Shown one piece after another: positions 45,564 through 55,176 of a stretch of 64,000 nucleotides of DNA. Under the pieces are notes generated by a model. That model made no database searches. It was not told where the DNA came from and saw only the letters and a program-made list of their open reading frames with translations. Position 1 is the first letter of the stretch. Every line of letters begins with the position of its first letter. The DNA is from Candidatus Omnitrophota bacterium (GTDB taxonomy: Bacteria > Omnitrophota > Gorgyraeia > Zapsychrales > JANLHA01). The DNA is taken from assembly GCA_040753435.1 (NCBI GenBank), contig JBFMEN010000069.1:47551-111550 (forward strand), given 5' to 3'. The position numbers and the translations under genes are program-made.

Positions 45564-47186
45564 ATGATGATTCTTATGATTGATAATTATGATTCATTTA
45601 CGTACAACATTGTTCAACTTGTTGAGACTCTGGGCTATAAAGTCAAATCGGTGCGTAATGATGAAATCACCTTGGATGAAATCGGCCGGATGAAGCCTTC
45701 ACACATCATTATTTCACCTGGGCCGGGAGATCCATCAGATGCCGGTATTTCGCTTAAAGTTATCCGTCGCTTTGGCTCAAAGATTCCAATCCTTGGCGTT
45801 TGTCTTGGTCATCAATGCATCATCCAGGCTTACGGCGGAAAAATTATCGGCGCGCAAAAAATTGTTCATGGAAAAACTTCGCAAATTGTGCATGACAACA
45901 AAGGACTTTTCCGTAATATTCCTCAAAATGCCGCAGTTGTCCGGTACCATTCATTGTGTGGCGATCCGGTTTCATTGCCGGAATGCCTTGAAGTGACCGC
46001 TGAGACGATTGACGATAAGACGATTATGGGCGTTCGTCACCGTAACTATCAGGTGGCGGGAGTGCAATTTCATCCCGAATCGATCGGTACGGAAATAGGC
46101 AGAAAACTAGTTCAGAATTTTTTTAATTATAAAATTGAGGAGCCGCAGAAGTTCGCGTTATTAAGCAAACTGATGCAAAAGACAAACTTAACGTTGATGG
46201 AAAGTTATGCTTTGATGGATGAGGTTACCGATGGCGAATTAACGGAAAGTCAACTGGGGGCTTTTCTGGGAGCGTTAAATGTCAAAGGCGTTACGCCGAC
46301 TGAATTAACTGGTTTTGTCCGTGTGCTTCGGGAGAAGACAGGAGTTCAATCCCAATTGAAAGGGTTGATCGATACGTGCGGAACCGGCGGTGACGGCAAG
46401 CATACCTTCAATATTTCAACGGCAGCTTCTCTTATTTGCGGGGCTGCCAATCTGAAAGTGGCCAAGCATGGTAATCGGGCGATGAGTTCAAAATCGGGAA
46501 GTTTTGACTTTTTAGACGCGCTGGGAATTGAAACCCAGGGGGATTTGAAAACCAATTTGTCTTCCATTCGAGAAAATAACTTCGCTTTCTTTTTTGCCCA
46601 AAAATTTCATGCCGCAATGCGCCATGTGGCAAAAACGCGCCAGGAGCTTAAGACCCGGACCGTCTTTAATATGATAGGTCCGCTCGCCAATCCGATGCCG
46701 CTGACCTATCAAATAACCGGTGTTTTTTCTTCCGGGATTCTGGATTTGTTTATTGAGACCATGAAAAAACTTGGAAGAAAACACGCGATGGTAGTTCATT
46801 CATGTGACGGGCTTGATGAAATAAGCGTGTGTGAAAAGACTATGGTCAGGGAATTGAAAAATGGTAAAATTCTGGCGTATGAGATCGACCCAAAAGATTA
46901 CGGAATCCCGGGTTTCAGCCTGAAAGATCTGGAAGGGAAATCCGCTTTGGACAACGCGGAAGTTTTTAGGCGTATCATCGGAAAGAAGAAACTGCCCAGA
47001 CGATTTTCGGCGATTAAATCTGCGATTTGTTTGAATGCAGGCGCTGCTATTTATGTCGGGAATAAGGCTAAGACGATCAGGGAAGGATATGAAGCCGCGT
47101 TGAGGATTATTGAAAGTAAAAATTTTGAAAATTATATACAAAGGCTTGCCAGGCGGCAGACTGGCGCCGGGACTGGTCGTAAGTGA
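45564..47186 (+). CDS. trpGD: Fused anthranilate synthase component II / anthranilate phosphoribosyltransferase
   Basis: IDNYDSFTYN, SPGPG, GVCLGHQ, QFHPES; DTCGTGGDG, FNIST, KHGNR, GLDE. Confidence 0.95.
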   Translation: MMILMIDNYDSFTYNIVQLVETLGYKVKSVRNDEITLDEIGRMKPSHIIISPGPGDPSDAGISLKVIRRFGSKIPILGVCLGHQCIIQAYGGKIIGAQKIVHGKTSQIVHDNKGLFRNIPQNAAVVRYHSLCGDPVSLPECLEVTAETIDDKTIMGVRHRNYQVAGVQFHPESIGTEIGRKLVQNFFNYKIEEPQKFALLSKLMQKTNLTLMESYALMDEVTDGELTESQLGAFLGALNVKGVTPTELTGFVRVLREKTGVQSQLKGLIDTCGTGGDGKHTFNISTAASLICGAANLKVAKHGNRAMSSKSGSFDFLDALGIETQGDLKTNLSSIRENNFAFFFAQKFHAAMRHVAKTRQELKTRTVFNMIGPLANPMPLTYQITGVFSSGILDLFIETMKKLGRKHAMVVHSCDGLDEISVCEKTMVRELKNGKILAYEIDPKDYGIPGFSLKDLEGKSALDNAEVFRRIIGKKKLPRRFSAIKSAICLNAGAAIYVGNKAKTIREGYEAALRIIESKNFENYIQRLARRQTGAGTGRK

Positions 47187-47211
47187 ACAGTCCTTCGATA
47201 ACACGACGTCT

Positions 47212-48420
47212 ATGAGTAAATATTTTGGACAATTCGGCGGACAGTATGTGGGCGAGGTTTTAAAACCCGCGCTGATCGAACTTGAGAAAGCGGTGCGGGA
47301 TATTTTACCCTCAGCAGATTTTCAAAATAATCTTGGCGAAATGCTGAAGAATTATGCCGGCCGTCCGACACCGTTATATTTCGCAGAGAATGCTACGCGT
47401 GATCTGAATGGAGCAAAAGTTTATATTAAACTTGAAGGTTTAGCGAACACCGGCGCGCATAAAATTAACAATGCCCTTGGACAGGTGCTGCTTGCGAAAA
47501 AAATGGGGAAACGGAGGGTGATCGCTGAAACCGGCGCTGGGCAACATGGGGTGGCAACCGCGGCAGCCGCCGCCAAGCTCGGACTGGAATGTGAAGTTTT
47601 TATGGGCGCGGTTGATGTTCGGAGACAACAGCCGAATGTTTTTTTGATGAAACAATATGGAGCAACGGTGACTGAAGTAAACGAAGGGACGCGGACGTTA
47701 AAAGATGCCGTGAACCGCGCCTTGAAAGAATGGGCTGTTCGCTCTAATGACACTTTCTATGTGCTCGGCTCGGCCCTGGGTCCGTATCCTTATCCTGATA
47801 TGGTTCGTGAATTCCAGTCTGTTATCGGGAGGGAGATCCGTGATGAAATCCTTAAACGAGAAGGCCGCCTGCCGGATATTTTGATCGCCTGCTGCGGCGG
47901 AGGATCCAACGCGATAGGGACATTTACATCATTTATGAATGATGCGCTGGTCAAAATGATCGCGGTTGAAGCCGGCGGCACTGGTGATAAACCGGGTGAG
48001 CATGCAACACGGATGAAGGGGGCCGGACGGCTCGGGATCATTGAAGGGTATAAATCATTTTTCCTCCAGGATGAAGATGGTCAGGTCCTTCCGACCCACT
48101 CCATATCTGCCGGGCTTGATTATGCAGGGATCGGACCGCAGGTGGCCTTGATGGGAGTTGAGGGGCGTATTCAATTTGAAAAGGCTTGTGATCAGGAGGT
48201 CCTGAAGGCGTATCAGTATTTCGCCAGAAAAGAAGGTTTGCTATTCGCCCTTGAATCTGCACATGCAGCCGCACACGCGTTAAAAATCATTCCCGGGTTA
48301 TCAAAGAATCAAATTGTAGTGATTACAATGTCGGGCCGCGGAGACAAGGATATTTTTATTACTGCCAAAGAACTGTACACGGAAGAGTGGAAGAAGTTTT
48401 TAAAAAATGAAAGCAATTAG
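47212..48420 (+). CDS. trpB: Tryptophan synthase beta chain
   Basis: YFGQFGGQY, TGAHKINN, AETGAGQHG, GGGSNA, SAGLDY, SGRGDKD. Confidence 0.97.
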   Translation: MSKYFGQFGGQYVGEVLKPALIELEKAVRDILPSADFQNNLGEMLKNYAGRPTPLYFAENATRDLNGAKVYIKLEGLANTGAHKINNALGQVLLAKKMGKRRVIAETGAGQHGVATAAAAAKLGLECEVFMGAVDVRRQQPNVFLMKQYGATVTEVNEGTRTLKDAVNRALKEWAVRSNDTFYVLGSALGPYPYPDMVREFQSVIGREIRDEILKREGRLPDILIACCGGGSNAIGTFTSFMNDALVKMIAVEAGGTGDKPGEHATRMKGAGRLGIIEGYKSFFLQDEDGQVLPTHSISAGLDYAGIGPQVALMGVEGRIQFEKACDQEVLKAYQYFARKEGLLFALESAHAAAHALKIIPGLSKNQIVVITMSGRGDKDIFITAKELYTEEWKKFLKNESN

Positions 48421-48446
48421 CAGCCAGCCGCAGGGCAGGAGTTATT

Positions 48447-49181
48447 ATGTCTATCAAAATCATGACCCATCTTGTCGCGGGATTTCCTGATCCTGATGGT
48501 TTCAGAAAGGCCCTGAAGGGACTCAAAGAAGGAGGTTCGGATATCCTGGAGCTTCAGATCCCATTTTCTGATCCAACGGCTGATGGACCAGTCATCACTA
48601 ATGCCTGTGAGCAAGCTATTGCGCGTGGTTTTAAAGTCCACCAGACTTTTGATTATATTCAACAGGCCAGACAGGAAGGGTTTGAGCGAATTATAGTTAT
48701 GACCTACGCCAATATAGCCTTTAATTACGGGATAAAGAAATATGTCGTTGATTTAAAAAGTGCGGGTGTTGAGGCGGCCCTTGTCCCTGATCTGCCGCTG
48801 GAAGATGAAGAAGGATTTTATCAATGTGCTTTTGAAAACGGTTTGGAACCCATGCCGGTTGCCGTGGTTGGAATGCCGGCCGGGCGACTGGAGCTGTTGA
48901 ATGGGAAACCGTTTAAAAAGATCTACATTTCTCTTCGCGCCGGGACGACTGGAAAAACAACCGATATTTCTCAAGAAACCCAGGAGTTTCTAGATACCTT
49001 ATCGAAGTATGAACGTTTCGCCGGATTCGGCATCAGGTCACGCGAACAGGTTCAGTTGCTGCAAGGCCATGCTGAGGCGGCGGTTATCGGATCTTATTTT
49101 ACGTCATTGATTCAAGATGCCTGCTTGAGCAAAAAGGATATTGGCAGGGAATTAAAATCAGCAATGAGCATCTTGAAATAA
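48447..49181 (+). CDS. trpA: Tryptophan synthase alpha chain
   Basis: ELQIPFSDPTADGPVI, MTYAN, VPDLP, GTTG, GFGI, IGS. Confidence 0.95.
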   Translation: MSIKIMTHLVAGFPDPDGFRKALKGLKEGGSDILELQIPFSDPTADGPVITNACEQAIARGFKVHQTFDYIQQARQEGFERIIVMTYANIAFNYGIKKYVVDLKSAGVEAALVPDLPLEDEEGFYQCAFENGLEPMPVAVVGMPAGRLELLNGKPFKKIYISLRAGTTGKTTDISQETQEFLDTLSKYERFAGFGIRSREQVQLLQGHAEAAVIGSYFTSLIQDACLSKKDIGRELKSAMSILK

Positions 49182-49230
49182 TTTCAACCCTTCAATTGAT
49201 ATTTAAATTTCCTTCTGTTACCATTTCCGT

Positions 49231-51165
49231 ATGCGGTCTCTTCAAAATTTTTCTTATTATCTATCCCGATTTGTTTTCTGGCTTTTTCCAGCCATTGTGC
49301 TGGAGCCTGTTTTCTTTATGCAGTTTTTGCCGACTCCTACCGGGGTCGTTATTATTTATCTTGAGGTTCTGGTCTGGGGTATTTTATTATTTTTAACAAT
49401 CTTCTTTTTTTCCGGTTTCTACGCAAGCAGTGTTGATTTGATCACGGAACGTTCTCCCGTCATTTATCTCTCCCAAATCAAATCGAACTTTAAACGATTC
49501 TGGTTTCCGTATACAATTTTTCTTGCTACCCCTTATATTATTCACCTTGTTTTTTACTTTTTTTCCTATATTCAAGATTCGGAATCGTTGAATATCCGGC
49601 TTATTCGGGGCGCATTGGATGGTATTTTGCTGCTTGTTTTCATAAGCGTAATCATGAAGCGAAAGGAAAAAGAATTTAATTGTTTCGAGTTTTTCAGGTA
49701 TGTACTTTTAACTCCCCGATTTTTTGTATTTTTGATCTTTGCCGCGCTTATTTTTCTTTGTGAATTTTTCTATATCCAGATCCCTTTGAATTACAGATCC
49801 TGGTTAGCGCTGTTATTGATTACAATGAATCAGTTCCTTCATTTCAGTCTCTTAAGCGTTTTGTTAAACGCGGTTTATTTATCGAATAAAACGATCTTTA
49901 CGCGTAATGACGCCCCCGAGATTTATTTTGTTGATCCGTCCAGCCCCGGTATTTATCGATCCGTGATTGCGGGCTTGATGTCGGAAGGATCCGGTATCTT
50001 TTCATTAATTAAAGCGCTGACTCCCCCGAAATATAAATTAAAAGAGTTTCGATGGGTTATGTGGCGAAATGAGATGTTCTGCGATGGAAAACTTGTCGCC
50101 ATTACATGTTTTACATCAAATTGCGCGGAAGCTTATTGGGTTGCCAAACGGTTTAAAGAAAGAGGATCCAAAGTGGTCATGGGAGGGCCTCATGTCATGT
50201 TTATGACGGAGGAAGCTCTGACATTTTGCGATTCAGTCGTTATGGGTGAGTTGGAGACCGTTTGGGAAGAAATTATAAAAGATTTTGAAAACGGGGCGAT
50301 GAAACCAGTCTATGATCGCAGGTGTGAAGATGTTCCAGAGCGGATTTGGGAAAAAGTCCGGGATTTGTCCGGAAAAGAATTGGAACCCATTCTTCAAATC
50401 GGGAGGGGCTGTAAATACAACTGTGATTTTTGTTCGATTTCAGCGATGACGAACAGAAAAATCCGTTATTTCAACCTTGATCATGTGGTTGATATGGTAA
50501 AGAAGGTGACAAATTTCCGTCCCGGAAAGTGGCTTCTTTTTTTTGACAGCAATATTTATTTGAATCCTCAACGGTTCCGGGAATTCGCTGAAAGGATGAT
50601 TCCTTTTAAGATCAAATGGAATTCGTCGTGCAGTATCGACATTGCCGGGAATGAAGAGGACCTGGCTCTGGCGAGAAAATCCGGTTGCGAAGCATTACTG
50701 ATTGGTTATGAAGTTTCTGACGAATCACCGGAGGCAGCGAAAGGCGGCAAGTTTTCTTATGCGAAAAAATATGTCGAGATGACTAAAAAAATTCACAAGG
50801 CCGGGATAGGCGTTAAGGCTCACTTTATGTGTGGATTTGAGAAGGAAGATACTAAAGTTTTATTTCGTTTATGGTGGCTGTCCTTCAGATTATTCCCAAT
50901 GACGGCGGCTGTTCTTGTGTTGACGCCTTTCCCCGGCACTGCTGTTACAAACAAACTTTTTAATGAGGAGCGGATTAATAATTTAAATTGGGCCAATTAT
51001 GATTGTATAAATCTTGTTTTTGAACACCCGTCATTTAACCCTGTTCTTTTTAAGTTGTTTTTCCCGGTCTTTCTCACCTTTTTCTTTTTGACGACCAGCC
51101 GATTAGGAATATTTCTCATGGGTTTACTAATATGGCAAAGCTTTTTGTCTGGTTTTTTGCATTAA
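49231..51165 (+). CDS. Polytopic membrane domain fused to B12-binding radical SAM domain
   Basis: About six N-terminal hydrophobic helices; VVMGGPH, VVMGE.E; RGCKYNCDFC; IGYE; TPFPGT; hydrophobic C-terminus. Confidence 0.8.
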   Translation: MRSLQNFSYYLSRFVFWLFPAIVLEPVFFMQFLPTPTGVVIIYLEVLVWGILLFLTIFFFSGFYASSVDLITERSPVIYLSQIKSNFKRFWFPYTIFLATPYIIHLVFYFFSYIQDSESLNIRLIRGALDGILLLVFISVIMKRKEKEFNCFEFFRYVLLTPRFFVFLIFAALIFLCEFFYIQIPLNYRSWLALLLITMNQFLHFSLLSVLLNAVYLSNKTIFTRNDAPEIYFVDPSSPGIYRSVIAGLMSEGSGIFSLIKALTPPKYKLKEFRWVMWRNEMFCDGKLVAITCFTSNCAEAYWVAKRFKERGSKVVMGGPHVMFMTEEALTFCDSVVMGELETVWEEIIKDFENGAMKPVYDRRCEDVPERIWEKVRDLSGKELEPILQIGRGCKYNCDFCSISAMTNRKIRYFNLDHVVDMVKKVTNFRPGKWLLFFDSNIYLNPQRFREFAERMIPFKIKWNSSCSIDIAGNEEDLALARKSGCEALLIGYEVSDESPEAAKGGKFSYAKKYVEMTKKIHKAGIGVKAHFMCGFEKEDTKVLFRLWWLSFRLFPMTAAVLVLTPFPGTAVTNKLFNEERINNLNWANYDCINLVFEHPSFNPVLFKLFFPVFLTFFFLTTSRLGIFLMGLLIWQSFLSGFLH

Positions 51166-51768
51166 CGCTATTTCAAGTGACAGAATCTGGAAGGCGTAAA
51201 CGCTGATGATGGCCCAAATGATGAAGTTGTGAAAAGGGATTTTAAAAGCAAGGATCACATCAATGAAAATAAAAATGATGAGACCTGTGCGCCCGTACTG
51301 GTTCATCCTGACAATTAAATCAACCATAGAAAAGGCATGAAGCTCGCTGGAAAGTTTTTCGGAAAGTTCGAAAAGAGACATTCTTTCTAAAGATTCTTTT
51401 GGATAGCGCCGTTCAATGATAGGAAGGATTGTGTTTTTGATGAAATGCCGTTCCTTACTTTCGAAAATCAGCATGATGATAAAAATTAATGTGGCTGCGG
51501 CAAGTATGGCGGGGTGAAAAAGATTTCTGGCGGTGATGGCAACAATGAGTGCAGACAGAACCATTTTTAAGGACAGCCCGGCTGTATGGATTATCGAGAT
51601 TGTTTGTTTCCCTGAGACGGGGCTTTTTTTGATGATTTGAAGCGACCAGTAACGTGCAGCCAAATCGTTGAAGATAGTCGCAGCGATCATTCTTGAAGAA
51701 GAGAGTTTAGCCGCTGTTTTTGGAACAGGAATTATTAATTGCCCGGTTGATTGTTGAGGATTTTCCAT
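51127..51768 (-). CDS. Hypothetical membrane protein (about four TM segments)
   Basis: 213-aa ORF with four hydrophobic stretches, last of three co-oriented minus-strand genes. Confidence 0.6.
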   Translation of the reverse strand: MENPQQSTGQLIIPVPKTAAKLSSSRMIAATIFNDLAARYWSLQIIKKSPVSGKQTISIIHTAGLSLKMVLSALIVAITARNLFHPAILAAATLIFIIMLIFESKERHFIKNTILPIIERRYPKESLERMSLFELSEKLSSELHAFSMVDLIVRMNQYGRTGLIIFIFIDVILAFKIPFHNFIIWAIISVYAFQILSLEIALMQKTRQKALPY

Positions 51769-52724
51769 AATTCTTTCGGCTCCTGGCCAACTCGCCAGAA
51801 CGCGACTTTTTTGACCTTTTGTTGATTATACGCGTCGATTTTCGATGTCAAGGATTGGAGGTCTTCAAAGTGTACCGAGATATTGACTGTGTCCTGATAC
51901 TCAAAATACGGGCTGCCGCTTTCGGTCAGTTTGATAGAGCACCTTTTTTCCTGGCACAACTGAAGGGTCTCTGGATGTTTAAGTGCTTTAGCCAGCGTTT
52001 CGATTTGCCATGACCGTCCGTAAAGGGGAAGACCCATTACAAGCTTTTCTTCCGGAATATGTATTCGTGAAAAATCCAGGACCTTTTTGCACCAATCAAG
52101 TGATGCAATCGGGCCGGGAGGGCCTGTTCGCCAATGCTCATCATAAGCCATAACAATGACGCGGTCAGCAATCCCTGCAATTACAGCATAATCAAAAGGA
52201 TTTTCCGTGCTCCACCATCTGGCGGGAACGGCAACGGAAAATATTTTAGTTTTTGGAAGCTTGTCTCTAATCTCCTGCAGAAAAGACAAGTAAGAATCCT
52301 TATCTTCCCAGTTAAGCGATTCAAAATCGATCTGAATCCCGTCGAAATTTGCCGAAAGTTCGATGATATCGGCAATCAGCTGGTTTCGCAATGGAAAGTC
52401 CGGCCGTAAACAGAAATTTAGTATTGTTTTGTTCCAGGGCGCTGAAATGACCAGATGGATCCGCACAGGCTTATCGAATTCGCCTTTCAAATCCGGTCGT
52501 TGGATATCTTTCTTCAGAGCGCCTTGTTCATTAATGGCTGCACTGAAGTAACCGATGTCCGTAAATGGCATTGAATTGCTCAAATATGTTTCTTCACCTT
52601 TCATTACGTATCCCCACACTTCAGGAAAGACATAATTTTTCTGAGAAGTCTGATCAGCTGTCCTGACTGGAAATGTTAATACCAGCAAGGCGGCAAGAGA
52701 GAAAAGAAAAATTTTGATTTTCAT
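51735..52724 (-). CDS. Exported glycoside hydrolase family 18 protein
   Basis: Signal peptide; FDGIQIDFE, VMAYDEHW..GPPGPIAS, KLVMGLPLYG, AFWRVGQE. Confidence 0.88.
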   Translation of the reverse strand: MKIKIFLFSLAALLVLTFPVRTADQTSQKNYVFPEVWGYVMKGEETYLSNSMPFTDIGYFSAAINEQGALKKDIQRPDLKGEFDKPVRIHLVISAPWNKTILNFCLRPDFPLRNQLIADIIELSANFDGIQIDFESLNWEDKDSYLSFLQEIRDKLPKTKIFSVAVPARWWSTENPFDYAVIAGIADRVIVMAYDEHWRTGPPGPIASLDWCKKVLDFSRIHIPEEKLVMGLPLYGRSWQIETLAKALKHPETLQLCQEKRCSIKLTESGSPYFEYQDTVNISVHFEDLQSLTSKIDAYNQQKVKKVAFWRVGQEPKELWKILNNQPGN

Positions 52725-53284
52725 AAATAAAAGCCTGCAATTTTTTCTTTGATTGAATCCGAGGTTTCTTTGTTTAAGAGTTTTGCGATTATGGCCAGGG
52801 CAAACTGAATCGCAGTTCCTGCACCCCGGCTGGTGATGACGTTGCTGTCGATTACGACAGCTTCCTCGACGAATACCGTAGATTCATTAAAAGAATCTTC
52901 CATGCCGGGAAAACATGTTGCTTTTTTTCGATCCAAGATACCGGCCGGAGCAAGCACCAGGGCCGGCGCTGCGCAAATAGCGGCAATGAGTTTCTTTTCA
53001 CGGTTCATTATTGTTAAAAAGGAACTAACCAAATCGGATTTCGCGAGATTGGGTGAGCCCGGAGTTCCGCCGGGTAAAATACAGGCATCAAAGTCTGAGC
53101 CGGCACTCTCCAAAGCGATATCTGTCTTGATGGCAATGCCGTGGGAACCCGTTACAAAATTTTCTTTGTTATTCAATCCTGCAATCATCACGTCAATGCC
53201 GGCCCGGCGAAGGATATCAATGGGAGTAACTGCTTCAATTTCTTCAAAACCGTCCGCCAAAATAATCAACGCGCTTTTTTTCAT
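52721..53284 (-). CDS. DJ-1/PfpI family protein (YajL/ThiJ-like)
   Basis: LADGFEEIEA..DILRRAG, LPGG, AAICAAP, ITSRGAGTA. Confidence 0.92.
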   Translation of the reverse strand: MKKSALIILADGFEEIEAVTPIDILRRAGIDVMIAGLNNKENFVTGSHGIAIKTDIALESAGSDFDACILPGGTPGSPNLAKSDLVSSFLTIMNREKKLIAAICAAPALVLAPAGILDRKKATCFPGMEDSFNESTVFVEEAVVIDSNVITSRGAGTAIQFALAIIAKLLNKETSDSIKEKIAGFYL

Positions 53285-53485
53285 AACAACCGACCTTTTG
53301 TTAATACATTCATTTTCCGAATTCATATGTCAAATAATTCGTATGTGATGAATAATTTTAGATGAAAAAAAGTTTTTTTACAACCCATTTCACGTCCAAG
53401 GATTTTTCTTGAAAATTTTTTTAAAATGACATAAAGTAGTGGCAATCCGGCAATCGGGCTGGTTTGAAATTGAAAGGGGGATGGT

Positions 53486-54115
53486 ATGAAGAAGATTTGG
53501 TTTATGTTTGCATGTTTGACGATGTGTGCGGGTTTGGTGATGTCATCAGCGGCGATTGCGCAAGAAGAAGAAATATATCCCGTTCAGATTTCACTATTCA
53601 ATCCTGCGCAGATTTTCCCACAAGACACATCAATCTCCGGGTTGCGCATTAACTTTATTTATGGTTTAAACGAAAATGTCACAGGTCTTGATCTTGGTAT
53701 CGCCAATATGACCAACGGGAATTTTAAAGGTTTGGGTTATGGTTTGATTAATTATACCAAGGGGAATGTGACCGGGGAGCAAGGCGGCCTGGTGACTTTT
53801 GTTGAAGGTGATGTTATCGGCGCGATCTCGGGTCTGGTGGCGATCGGCCAGGGGGATGTCAGCGGCGGTTCTGCCGGTTTTGTTAATTATGTAAACGGGA
53901 ATGTCTCAGGCGCCATGTTCGGCGGTTTGAACTATTCATCTAATATGGAAGGGCTTCAGCTTGGTGTTGTGAACTATACTGAAGAAATGGACGGATTCCA
54001 GTTTGGGTTAGTAAACTGGACCGCCAGACTCCAGGGACTTCAAATTGGTTTATTAAACATCGCATCGGAAAAAGAAATGCTTCCGATCCTTCCATTTGTC
54101 AATGCCGCTTGGTAA
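53486..54115 (+). CDS. Exported Gly/Asn-rich repeat protein (G.Q.G.VN repeats, LA_2272-like)
   Basis: Signal peptide; PVQISLFNP.Q, GLRIN.IYG, repeated GLQLGVVN; LPFVN..W terminus. Confidence 0.75.
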   Translation: MKKIWFMFACLTMCAGLVMSSAAIAQEEEIYPVQISLFNPAQIFPQDTSISGLRINFIYGLNENVTGLDLGIANMTNGNFKGLGYGLINYTKGNVTGEQGGLVTFVEGDVIGAISGLVAIGQGDVSGGSAGFVNYVNGNVSGAMFGGLNYSSNMEGLQLGVVNYTEEMDGFQFGLVNWTARLQGLQIGLLNIASEKEMLPILPFVNAAW

Positions 54116-54160
54116 GATAACTGTTAAATCGGTGTTTTTGAAGAAGCCGAGTGTGTTTCA

Positions 54161-54197
54161 AAGGGGGGTGGCTTGTTAGACAAGCCGCCCCTTTTTT
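54161..54197 (+). terminator. Intrinsic terminator
   Basis: GGGGTGGCTTGT-tag-ACAAGCCGCCCC then T6. Confidence 0.85.
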
Positions 54198-54234
54198 GAT
54201 CCTGAATGTTCCCGCGGGGTTTTTTTGTTTTATA

Positions 54235-54262
54235 TTGCTTGCCTATAGGATTTCGCTATAAT
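54235..54262 (+). promoter_or_regulatory. Sigma70-like promoter of the rfb locus
   Basis: TTGCTT-N16-TATAAT. Confidence 0.6.
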
Positions 54263-54298
54263 ATTTTGAATTCAAATAATAAATAAAAGGGGCGACGT

Positions 54299-55069
54299 AT
54301 GAAGGTTGTGATTCTGGCAGGAGGTTACGGCTCCCGGTTGGGGACAATAACCGAAGTTGTGCCAAAACCGATGGTCAAGATCGGGAACAAGCCCATTCTA
54401 TGGCATATCATGAAGTATTTTTCGTCTTTCGGTCATAAAGATTTTGTGTTAAGTCTGGGCTATAAAGCGGAAGTTATCAAAGACTTCTTTTATCATTATC
54501 ATATCCAGGTTAATAATTTTACAATTCAATTAGGCAGCAAAAAGATAGACTTTCATGATGCCCACGATGAAGCCGATTGGAGCGTCACGCTGGTTGATAC
54601 CGGCATAGATACCCTTAAAGGGGCCCGTATAAAAAGACTTGAACGATTTTTGGATGATGTGAATTTGTTGACGTATGGGGACGGGCTTGCGGACGTCGAT
54701 ATTAATAAACTGGTCGCCTTTCATCGGTCGCATGGAAAGATTTTGACTGTCACCGGAGTTTATCCTCCCGCACGTTTTGGCGAGATTATTGCCAAAAAAG
54801 GTGAGGTAACTGCGTTTCAGGAGAAAAAACAAACATCATCTGGAAGGATTAATGGCGGTTTTATGATTTTTGATAAACGCCTTCTGGAATATTTATCCGA
54901 TGAGGAATTTTGCGATTTGGAGTTTGAAATTTTTCCACGCCTGGTCGCCAAAGGCGAGATGATGGTTTATGACCATGACGGAAGTTGGGAATGCATTGAT
55001 ACGGAACGGGATCTCCTGCATTTGAACAAATTATGGCGCGATGGATTGGCATTTTGGAAAAAGTGGTGA
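54299..55069 (+). CDS. rfbF: Glucose-1-phosphate cytidylyltransferase
   Basis: ILAGGYGSRL, PKPMV.IG.KPILWHIMK, LTYGDG, INGGF, W.CIDT.RD. Confidence 0.93.
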   Translation: MKVVILAGGYGSRLGTITEVVPKPMVKIGNKPILWHIMKYFSSFGHKDFVLSLGYKAEVIKDFFYHYHIQVNNFTIQLGSKKIDFHDAHDEADWSVTLVDTGIDTLKGARIKRLERFLDDVNLLTYGDGLADVDINKLVAFHRSHGKILTVTGVYPPARFGEIIAKKGEVTAFQEKKQTSSGRINGGFMIFDKRLLEYLSDEEFCDLEFEIFPRLVAKGEMMVYDHDGSWECIDTERDLLHLNKLWRDGLAFWKKW

Positions 55070-55070
55070 C

Positions 55071-55176
55071 GCGAATATCGAAATCCGAAGTAAATTAAAA
55101 TATCAAACAAAACAATATTTATAAATTTTGATTTAAAAATTATTTTCCGGATCCGGATTTTCGGCATTCGAATTTC
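55071..55176. repeat. Intergenic imperfect inverted repeat built of CGAA-type heptamers around an AT-rich core
   Basis: Left CGAATAT CGAAATC CGAAGTA; right TCCGGATTTTCGGCATTCGAATTTC. Confidence 0.5.

Noticed and set aside
47110-47211. N-terminal extension of trpB as a trpF remnant or frameshift product
   Set aside because: Mostly overlaps the trpGD 3' end in another frame and shows no TrpF motifs.
52833-53348. 171-aa plus-strand ORF
   Set aside because: Antisense shadow of the DJ-1/YajL gene.
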